DNA of 64,000 nucleotides, taken from contig JAHPZA010000004.1 of the NCBI GenBank assembly GCA_019058445.1, positions 160,001-224,000 of the forward strand, given 5' to 3'. Every line of letters starts with the position of its first letter. The stretch's first letter is position 1. Positions 56,724 through 64,000 of this stretch are shown here, in pieces. Both the position numbers and the translations under genes were made by a program. Below the pieces are notes generated by a model that ran no database searches, had not been told where the DNA came from, and saw nothing but the letters and a program-made list of their open reading frames with translations. This DNA comes from Promethearchaeota archaeon (GTDB taxonomy: Archaea; Asgardarchaeota; Lokiarchaeia; Sigyniarchaeales; SOKP01).

Positions 56724-58580
56724 ATGGAGCCTAAATCTATTGATTCATTAATAGATAAATTAAAAGAAGCCACTGGAATTAAATTTGAATATTATCAGAG
56801 GAATTTCCTCGAAAGAAGAATTCATTTTAGAGTAAAGAACTTAGAAATTAATTCTTATCAAGATTATATCAACTATCTGGCTGAAAATCCTGGAGAGATT
56901 GACCATTTTCTAAATAAGTTCACTATTAATTATACATATTTTTTTAGAAATTATGAGATCTTTGAGAGATTTGAAGAATTCATAAGACAATATCTTATAG
57001 GACTCAAAAGACCAATCCGTATATGGTCTGCTCCTTGCGCTTCTGGAGAAGAACCTTATTCTATCGCAATGATATTTGATAAATTGAAATCTAAAATTAT
57101 AAATTTTCCTGATTACGAGATAGTAGCATCAGATATTGATAAAACAGCTTTAGGAATTGCTAAAGCGGGTGTGTATGGTGAATATTCTATTCATGAGATC
57201 CCTAAAAGTTATTTAGAAACTCATTTTACTAGGCAAGACACTCAACTTGGCCCTAAATTTACGATTAGTGAAGATATTAAAAATAAAGTGGAATTGATTG
57301 AAGAGGATATTATCAGTGGGCATAAGAAAAATTCAAAATATGATGTAATTTTTTGTAGAAATCTACTAATATACATAAATAGAGAATCTAAAGAAAAATT
57401 ATTAAGAACCTTAGAAAATCATTTAGTTCATGGGGGACTTCTAATTTTAGGAAAAACAGAAATGTTAGTCAATATTCAGAGTAATTTTAAATCAATTGAC
57501 ACTAATAATCATTTTTATGTGAAAAGTAAATTAAATCCAAGTATTAAAGTAAATAAAAAAGAATCGCCAATACCCACGAAAAAACCCATAAAGAAAAAGG
57601 AAAATAAACCAGCAAACGTGAGGAAAACGATTAAACGAGAGAATAGAGAGAAAATAGTTCCGACACTCTCAGAAGAAAAAAGAGTGAAAATAAAACAAAA
57701 TGAAAGACTCAAACCTGTAAAAATTGAAACAGAAAATCAAATGGAATCCCGTAAAAAAATATTAGACAATCGAGAACTTCAAATTATCCGACGATTAAAC
57801 CAAATTGAATTAAGAGAAAAACAATTGAATGAAAGAGAGTTGAGGTTAAAACAAAGAGAAGTACAATTAGGGCAAAAAGAAGTTTTAATAGGGCTCAGAG
57901 AACAACAAATAGAAGACCTACTGGAGCAGATTGAAGAAAAGGAAAGAAAGAACGATAAATCAAAACCTCGTGGAAGACCTCCTTCTAAAAAGAAAGGAAC
58001 AGGAAAAAAGGCTTTACCCACTAAACCAGCATCAGTAGATTTATCAATTGATGATGCTGATCGAATAGTGCATCCTAATATTAAGGGAGAATTAAATTTA
58101 CCAGTTGGCCATTATGCTATAATTAATTCACATGATATCGAGAATAAATCTTCAAAATTCTCAGTTTATGGATTAAGCTCGGGAATTGTGTTAATTCTGC
58201 AAGATAAAGTTCATAAGGTTTATGGGATGTCCTATATGTTACATCCAAAATCAACAGCTGTGAATAATGGGGCTTCCTTGTTTCCTCATAGATATATAGA
58301 TTCATCCGTCTCCGTGCTGTTGGATAAAATTTTATACAATGGTGCGAATAAAGACAATCTTGAGGCTATTATAGTGGGTGGTGCAAACAATATTTATGAA
58401 CAAGAAGGAGATTATCAGGATAATATTGATGCAATTACTCAAGAATTATTTTCTCGTCATATTTCAATTGAAAAGGAGTTTTTGGGAGGGATTTCTGAAA
58501 GATCTCTAGTGTATGATACAATTCGAAATGAATTGTTAATTAAAAAGAAATGGGAATCGCACTATAGAAGAGTTAGTTAA
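56724..58580 (+). CDS. cheR: CheR protein-glutamate methyltransferase fused via a coiled coil to a CheD-like domain
   Basis: CheR motifs FTINYTYFFRN, IRIWSAPCASGEEPYSIA, ASDID, YDVIFCRNLLIY. C-terminal CheD pattern GLSSGIVLIL.D...GMSYMLHP...RYID...LEAIIVGGA...LGG..ER. Confidence 0.85.
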   Translation: MEPKSIDSLIDKLKEATGIKFEYYQRNFLERRIHFRVKNLEINSYQDYINYLAENPGEIDHFLNKFTINYTYFFRNYEIFERFEEFIRQYLIGLKRPIRIWSAPCASGEEPYSIAMIFDKLKSKIINFPDYEIVASDIDKTALGIAKAGVYGEYSIHEIPKSYLETHFTRQDTQLGPKFTISEDIKNKVELIEEDIISGHKKNSKYDVIFCRNLLIYINRESKEKLLRTLENHLVHGGLLILGKTEMLVNIQSNFKSIDTNNHFYVKSKLNPSIKVNKKESPIPTKKPIKKKENKPANVRKTIKRENREKIVPTLSEEKRVKIKQNERLKPVKIETENQMESRKKILDNRELQIIRRLNQIELREKQLNERELRLKQREVQLGQKEVLIGLREQQIEDLLEQIEEKERKNDKSKPRGRPPSKKKGTGKKALPTKPASVDLSIDDADRIVHPNIKGELNLPVGHYAIINSHDIENKSSKFSVYGLSSGIVLILQDKVHKVYGMSYMLHPKSTAVNNGASLFPHRYIDSSVSVLLDKILYNGANKDNLEAIIVGGANNIYEQEGDYQDNIDAITQELFSRHISIEKEFLGGISERSLVYDTIRNELLIKKKWESHYRRVS

Positions 58581-58583
58581 AAA

Positions 58584-58889
58584 TTACTTATGTTTTCTTC
58601 TCTCGTGTTGTTTCTTTCGTTTTTGTTCTTTTTCTTGGATCTCTTCTTCCAACTGCATTAATTTTCCCGCATCTTTACCCTGTAATTTAAATTGTCCAAA
58701 AACCTTGCTTTCTTCTTTTTCACCTGATTTTGAAATTTTTTCAAAGGTTAACTCAATGGGAGCATCTTGATTTAAAGCTAAGTTTATAAAATTAATAAAG
58801 CCAATATGTTTTCTGGGCGCGATATTAAACTTAATGTTTATTTCCTTTCCTTTCTTTGTTTTAGATTTCAAGACTAGACGTAATTTCAA
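58584..58889 (-). CDS. hypothetical basic protein
   Basis: 101-aa ORF with a beta-rich N-terminus and a charged C-terminus; no family recognised. Confidence 0.65.
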   Translation of the reverse strand: MKLRLVLKSKTKKGKEINIKFNIAPRKHIGFINFINLALNQDAPIELTFEKISKSGEKEESKVFGQFKLQGKDAGKLMQLEEEIQEKEQKRKKQHERRKHK

Positions 58890-59153
58890 TAGTTTTCAAT
58901 CTCTTTATTGTAGGTGTGTATTTATTATTAACTTAAAACATTTATGCTAAAAAAATCTATTTATCAATTAATGGTTAGTAAAAGAAATCTATATCTTTTA
59001 TAGAAAGATTTTGGCTTTATTTTTTTCATGTATATAGTAATGGAACGCAACTATTTTAAATAAAAGGTTGAGTTCTTTGTTGATCCCTTTTAGTTTGCAA
59101 TTTAAAAAAAAATGTTGATATATTTAAATATTTTAAATTATCTTTGTATATTT

Positions 59154-59966
59154 ATGGAATTAGGGATCTTATCTATGTTATTTATAATATTAACTCTATA
59201 CTTAATTTATATAGTATTACAGATGGTAGTGGGGATATATTTATTTATTCGAATGAGAAAGACTAAACTAAATAATATTTTGCCATTGTCATTATTTTTT
59301 ATTATATCATCAATACAAGGAATTATGTCGCTATTTAATTTACCTGTTATTATTTTTCAGGCAAGTCTGTTTATTCCAAGTATTTTATTATTGATCTTTA
59401 CTAAATTAACATTTTTTAGAGACCAAAAAACTCCATTTATATTTTTCTTAGTGATCATGTTAATACTAAAGATTATAACTTTCTTAGTTAGTTTATTTAT
59501 AATCCCGCTATCAACACCAATGACTGCAAAATTCTCTAAAGATTATGTGCTCTATTATTATTTGTATTTATTAATTATTTGTATAAATTTATCAATACCG
59601 GAATTATGGCTTGGTTATTCTGCTTTAAATTATTATAAACAGGTTAAGCTTCTAAATATTGAGCCATGGATAAAAAAAAGATATTTAATAATTAGTTATT
59701 CAGCAATTATTCTTTTTATCGAAGCAATTGCTTATTTATTTTTACCATGGTCGTCTGAGGGCTTCAGGCATCCACAGGCACTAGTAGTTATTTTTATAGT
59801 AACCACAGTAACAGTTGTTTTTTCTATCGGAAGTATAATTGGCTGGATGATGCCAAAAAAACTTAAAATTCACTTTAATAAAGGCTTCACACCTATTAGA
59901 GATGAAATATTGGATGAAGCTGAATTATTAAAGAAAATTAAATCCGAATTATCAAAGGGAGGGTAA
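59154..59966 (+). CDS. 7-TM membrane protein of unknown function
   Basis: Seven hydrophobic segments, EPWIKKRY before TM6 and W.MP..LK after TM7. ATG at 59154 is preferred over 59112. Confidence 0.7.
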   Translation: MELGILSMLFIILTLYLIYIVLQMVVGIYLFIRMRKTKLNNILPLSLFFIISSIQGIMSLFNLPVIIFQASLFIPSILLLIFTKLTFFRDQKTPFIFFLVIMLILKIITFLVSLFIIPLSTPMTAKFSKDYVLYYYLYLLIICINLSIPELWLGYSALNYYKQVKLLNIEPWIKKRYLIISYSAIILFIEAIAYLFLPWSSEGFRHPQALVVIFIVTTVTVVFSIGSIIGWMMPKKLKIHFNKGFTPIRDEILDEAELLKKIKSELSKGG

Positions 59967-59967
59967 A

Positions 59968-60243
59968 TTGAATTTCATCGAGTTTTTAGGAAATATATTA
60001 TCTAAAGAATTAGAAATAAGCACCTATGCTGCAAGAGGGCTTATTAAACTTTCAATTAAAGATGAATTTGGGCCATTTTTCCCTCTTGATAAAATTACTT
60101 ATAAATTGATTCGAAAAGTAATAAAAAATTCATTATTTTTTAGAATGAAAAGATTAGAGGTATTCAGATTTGAAGAAATTAGAAATTATCTATTAGATGA
60201 ATTAGTTAAAAATCAATCTTTAATCACGTTCGAAAGTATATGA
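59968..60243 (+). CDS. small helical protein coupled to the 7-TM gene
   Basis: Starts 1 nt after the upstream stop; contains AARGLIKLSIKDEFG. Confidence 0.65.
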   Translation: MNFIEFLGNILSKELEISTYAARGLIKLSIKDEFGPFFPLDKITYKLIRKVIKNSLFFRMKRLEVFRFEEIRNYLLDELVKNQSLITFESI

Positions 60244-60305
60244 GAAATAATAATATTATAAATTAATATTATGTTTTAATATTTAAGCAATTAATCTTAG
60301 ATTTC

Positions 60306-60962
60306 TTGATATACCAGAATATGCCATCAAAATTTCGTTTAAGATTTATTTTTCGACCAGTAATTAATTTGATTGCTAAGGCATTAAGTAAAATTGGTAT
60401 AACACCAAATTTAGCGACAATTCTTATGCTTTGTTGTGCAGTTTTAAGTTTCATTGCATTAGTTTTCTTTCAAAATCTTTTGATTTTTGGGCTTTTAGTG
60501 TTTATTACAGGTATTATGGACGGGTGCGATGGAGCAATTGCGAGGTTAACCAATAAATCAAGTGCTTTTGGAGGATTTTTTGATTCCATAATGGATAGAA
60601 TTTCAGAGTTCGTAATATTTTTAGCACTCTTGGTATATACTTGGGATCAATTTCTTTGGATTTTAATTGACGTGAAATTAATTATTTTTATTACCTTTTT
60701 AGCCTCCTTAATGATAAGCTATATGAGAGCTCGAGCTGAAAATTTTTTTAAAAAAGAAATGAACAAAGGGGAATTCGATCTAGGACTTATGGCCCGATCA
60801 GAACGGTTGTTTTATATTTTTATTACTTCTATAGTATGCTTCTATATAAATGCGTTTTATAATGAAGCTTTATTTCTTTTTATGTGGTTAGTATTAGGAA
60901 CCGCTTTTTTCAGATTTATAAGAATTAATAATCAAATTAAAAAGCTACAGCATGAAACTTAG
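60306..60962 (+). CDS. CDP-alcohol phosphatidyltransferase (archaetidylinositol phosphate synthase-like)
   Basis: ITPN, DGCDGAIAR....SAFGGFFDSIMDR signature, SYMRARAE, GLMARSER. Confidence 0.9.
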   Translation: MIYQNMPSKFRLRFIFRPVINLIAKALSKIGITPNLATILMLCCAVLSFIALVFFQNLLIFGLLVFITGIMDGCDGAIARLTNKSSAFGGFFDSIMDRISEFVIFLALLVYTWDQFLWILIDVKLIIFITFLASLMISYMRARAENFFKKEMNKGEFDLGLMARSERLFYIFITSIVCFYINAFYNEALFLFMWLVLGTAFFRFIRINNQIKKLQHET

Positions 60963-60968
60963 ACTATT

Positions 60969-61679
60969 TCAATTCTTAGTTAATTCAATAATTAACTTAT
61001 CTCCGTCTTTTAAGTTAAGGAAATCCCTTAAATAAGGCTCTGCTAAGATTTCAACAATATTTTCCTCATGATGGGTTCTTTCAATAGCTAAAATGGCTGC
61101 ATCGATTTTATTTTCTCTATCATCTAAACGGGAAATTTTACATCCATAACACTTGACTTCTCCATAAGTACGATCAGAATTGTCATCCTTAAATCCATCA
61201 ATTATAATTGGCGTTTGATTTTCGAGATTTTCTCGTAGTAAGGCTTTATTTAATTGACTTAATTTTAAATTTAGTGTTCCTTTGTACGGCGTAAATCCTA
61301 ATTTTTCTTTAAACTGCACATAATACCCTTTAATTGCAACGTAATATCCCCCTTCTTTCATACCTTCCGATACAATGCCTACGATTAAGATATTTTCAAG
61401 AATATGTTTTAACTCTTTATAAACATTTAGCATCACATCTGCCCCTTCTTTTGGTATCCTTAGAATTTGGGTCTTTCCTTCAATTTTTCGCTTAATCCAC
61501 CCTAATTTCTCTAAATCTTGGATCCTGCGAGAGGCGGTCTGTTGGCTTACTCCCATAATATCCCCTAATTCAACACTACTGATATGGATTGCCTTTTGAT
61601 TTCCAATTTGCTGGCAAAGGTGATAGAGAGCGAACCAATTCGCATAGTTTTCAGGAATAATTTCATCTTTTTCTGGCAT
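60969..61679 (-). CDS. ribK: CTP-dependent riboflavin kinase with N-terminal wHTH (RbkR-type)
   Basis: ISSVELG...SQQTASR HTH; G.VSEGMKEGGYY, LGFTPYKGTLN, RTHH, VEILA..LR..L.LKDGD. Confidence 0.92.
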   Translation of the reverse strand: MPEKDEIIPENYANWFALYHLCQQIGNQKAIHISSVELGDIMGVSQQTASRRIQDLEKLGWIKRKIEGKTQILRIPKEGADVMLNVYKELKHILENILIVGIVSEGMKEGGYYVAIKGYYVQFKEKLGFTPYKGTLNLKLSQLNKALLRENLENQTPIIIDGFKDDNSDRTYGEVKCYGCKISRLDDRENKIDAAILAIERTHHEENIVEILAEPYLRDFLNLKDGDKLIIELTKN

Positions 61680-61691
61680 ACTCTTCCCTTT

Positions 61692-62147
61692 TTATATCCG
61701 ATTCTCTTTCTTTTGCTCTATAATTTTCTTCTTTATTAAACTTGAGGCATGGAGTTTAAATTTATCATAATATTTTTCTAGTCTTTTCACTTCTATATGA
61801 TTCATCCCTTTCATTCTAAGTGCATTTTGCAGCTTCTCAACACTAAACTTCTGATTTGGGCCTAAGAGTATAATGTCAGGGTCAATTTCTTGCACAGTTT
61901 TAAGAGTATCATTATCATGCCGTCCTAATTTGGCATCTTTCACATTTTTTATACTTTTTATCACTTCTAATCTCTGCTCTTCTGGGACAATAGGAGCAAC
62001 TCCAGAATAAGTTTCTCGATTTTTATCTGTTGCCAGGACCACATACACGTCTCCTAATTTAGCTGCTTCATTTATCAAAAAGATATGACCTGGATGTAAT
62101 ATATCGAAGGTACCGGCAATCATAACTTTTTTTTTATTTTTCTTCAT
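61692..62147 (-). CDS. ribL: archaeal FAD synthase (cytidylyltransferase family)
   Basis: AGTFDILHPGH, PDIILLGPNQ, SSLIK; adjacent to ribK. Confidence 0.88.
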   Translation of the reverse strand: MKKNKKKVMIAGTFDILHPGHIFLINEAAKLGDVYVVLATDKNRETYSGVAPIVPEEQRLEVIKSIKNVKDAKLGRHDNDTLKTVQEIDPDIILLGPNQKFSVEKLQNALRMKGMNHIEVKRLEKYYDKFKLHASSLIKKKIIEQKKENRI

Positions 62148-62170
62148 CTTTTTCTCTAACTTATTGCGAT

Positions 62171-63730
62171 TTAATCGACTTTTTTAAATGAAAGCCCTAC
62201 AAAAACGGGACCTCTAATATCAATTTTCTTCTGTTTGGAATGGATATATTCTAATATAATATCATCCACTTCAGTATTTATTTCAGAAGCTCTATAACAC
62301 ATCTTTACTCTATGTTCATAGTTAGATTTGTTTTGATCTAGCATAATTTCTATAAGATATGCCATTTCTGAAGCAATTCCTTCAAGATAAGTTTTTCCAC
62401 TATCGACTCCATCATCCAAAGTTTTTTCAGAAGCAAGTCCTATTATTTCACCATTTTTTACCCATATTTTATTCAATGCTGCAGGTCCCAAAAGTTTCAC
62501 ATTTTTATCTTTTTCCCATATGGAAACTTCAATTTTATTGTCTTTAATTGTTCCTCCCCACACTTTAATCTCTATAGGAGACTTTTCATCCTTATTCTCA
62601 ATGGCAGTATTAATAATCGCGTCCTTAATTTCAATACCCTTTTCTGTGAGCGGTATTTTTTGATATTTAATACCCTTGCTAATTTCTTCATCTGAAAATG
62701 AGATATCTTCATAAAAATAGGGATATACTAGCTTTCTAATGTCTTCAATTTCAGTTCTTATCATACAAATACGTTCTACTCCAAATCCAATATTGAACAC
62801 GGGATGTTCTATGTCATATTGGGCAAGACTCACGGGACTATAAAAACCTCCATCCCCAATTTCAATCCATTCTTTGGTTGTGGGGTGCTCTACAAAAATT
62901 TCAAATTCAGTTTGAGGGGCATAATATTTTGATGTAGCTTTTTTTATCTCGGATTTACTATTTTTAAAACCTAATTGCTCACATATCGTTTTTGCGATCT
63001 TTTGGCAATCTTCTAAAGATATTTCTTCAGTCATTATTACTAATGAAAGAGTATTTGAATCATATAAATGTGTGGCATCAATTTTTTGTTCTCGTCTGAA
63101 TTTTGGACAGATAGTAAAATATTGAAGAGGCATCCTTTTCTTTTTTTTTAATTCTGCCAAAACTTTAAACCAAAGTGCTGTAGTATGACTCCTTAAGGTG
63201 GTCTTCGTAGGGATGGGTCTTAACGCTTTTAATTCTGGAAATACTTTATCAATAATTTCTGAAGCCTGACTTTCTGAGACTAAAAATTCTTCAACTATAA
63301 ATTCTATCATATCGTCTGCTTCAATATCTCCAGTTTTATACATTCGAAAGAGATCTTTTAATTTTTCAATATTGGCTATATCCGGAACGATTTGTTTAAC
63401 TCGGTCTATTTTTTCCTTTGAAATTCCAATATCAGGGCGTGGGAGCCCGGCTAAATAAAACAACCTATCAAGAATTAATGCCGCTTCTGGGCCGTATTGC
63501 TTATATATTTCGTCCTCTTCAACAAACATAGGCAAAACTACTTCTTCAAACCCTAAGGCAATCATCTGTAATCTCGCATCAGAGATAAAATCATTTACTG
63601 GATGAGTTTTAGCTTTACTTTGAAGATTAAAATAATTTCCACTTAATTTTAAAAGTTCCCTTGTTTCTAACCATGCCTTTTCATAATTACTTTTTGCTTG
63701 TCTTTTAATAGACTCAGTATCGAAGGGCAT
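62171..63730 (-). CDS. sepS: O-phosphoseryl-tRNA(Cys) synthetase (SepRS)
   Basis: YEKAWLET, KQYGPEAALILDRLFYLAGLPRPDIG, TLRSHTT, FRREQ, YYAPQTE.E, YSPVSLAQY, NIGFGVER, KKIDIRGPVF. Confidence 0.93.
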   Translation of the reverse strand: MPFDTESIKRQAKSNYEKAWLETRELLKLSGNYFNLQSKAKTHPVNDFISDARLQMIALGFEEVVLPMFVEEDEIYKQYGPEAALILDRLFYLAGLPRPDIGISKEKIDRVKQIVPDIANIEKLKDLFRMYKTGDIEADDMIEFIVEEFLVSESQASEIIDKVFPELKALRPIPTKTTLRSHTTALWFKVLAELKKKKRMPLQYFTICPKFRREQKIDATHLYDSNTLSLVIMTEEISLEDCQKIAKTICEQLGFKNSKSEIKKATSKYYAPQTEFEIFVEHPTTKEWIEIGDGGFYSPVSLAQYDIEHPVFNIGFGVERICMIRTEIEDIRKLVYPYFYEDISFSDEEISKGIKYQKIPLTEKGIEIKDAIINTAIENKDEKSPIEIKVWGGTIKDNKIEVSIWEKDKNVKLLGPAALNKIWVKNGEIIGLASEKTLDDGVDSGKTYLEGIASEMAYLIEIMLDQNKSNYEHRVKMCYRASEINTEVDDIILEYIHSKQKKIDIRGPVFVGLSFKKVD

Positions 63731-63747
63731 TCTTAAACCTTATAGAA

Positions 63748-64000
63748 TTATTTTTTATTTGTATTATTATCTTGCACGTTGGTCTCAATACATTCTCTTA
63801 AGCTATTCATTTGAAGAGAAATGGAGATATCTCCTCTCGTTTTTTCTATAATATTTCTAGCTTGATCAGTTTTATGTCTTAAGTCTTGTGTAACACCTGA
63901 GGGATAATCCAAAGAAAAAAGATAAGTATAAATTTCATCCATACTTTCTAAAATTTCATTAAGATCATCAATTTGAGAATTTCTAATGTTATCTAAAACG
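63748..64000 (-). CDS. translin/TRAX (C3PO) family protein, C-terminal part (5' truncated by window)
   Basis: Frame is open to the window edge (VLDNIRNSQIDDLNEILESMDEIY...LDYPSGVTQDLRHKTDQARNIIEKTRGD). Confidence 0.85.
   Translation of the reverse strand, partial: VLDNIRNSQIDDLNEILESMDEIYTYLFSLDYPSGVTQDLRHKTDQARNIIEKTRGDISISLQMNSLRECIETNVQDNNTNKK

Noticed and set aside
56724-58580. Part of a canonical chemotaxis operon
   Set aside because: No other che or archaellum genes flank it, and the CheD-like domain lacks its catalytic residues.
59112-59966. 7-TM protein as a rhodopsin
   Set aside because: There is no Lys in TM7 and no DxxxK/SxxxK retinal-binding motif.
1-64000. Selenoprotein or pyrrolysine read-through genes
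   Set aside because: The recognisable ORFs ending in TGA or TAG appear complete for their families, and the only in-frame interruption found is a TAA.

Overview
AT-rich archaeal chromosomal segment, most likely from an Asgard archaeon (Lokiarchaeia-like). The archaeal assignment rests on O-phosphoseryl-tRNA synthetase (SepRS), CTP-dependent riboflavin kinase (RibK/RbkR), FAD synthase RibL, an archaetidylinositol-phosphate-synthase-like enzyme, translin and a tRNA-Arg(GCG) with two bulge-helix-bulge-type introns. The Asgard assignment rests on three longin-type eukaryotic-signature proteins: longin plus two roadblock-like domains, an NPRL2-like longin plus winged helices, and a longin plus NPRL2-like winged helix. 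The window holds about 60 CDS, mostly dispersed catabolic and housekeeping enzymes and membrane proteins. I saw no rRNA, CRISPR array, transposase, integrase or reverse transcriptase. Best leads: (1) an orphan CheR methyltransferase fused through a coiled coil and an AT-hook-like motif to a CheD that lacks its catalytic Cys/His; (2) an NPRL2/folliculin-like longin protein that retains an ARG motif at the arginine-finger position; (3) a co-oriented cluster of a receptor-like membrane protein, a triple winged-helix regulator and a 2013-aa protein with 17 cadherin-like acidic repeats; (4) a cytochrome-b561-like membrane domain fused to a V4R-like domain, next to the longin-roadblock gene; (5) an unexplained ~260-nt structured non-coding element; (6) a 7-TM protein coupled to a small partner gene. 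All family assignments come from motif recognition by eye; no database searches were run.
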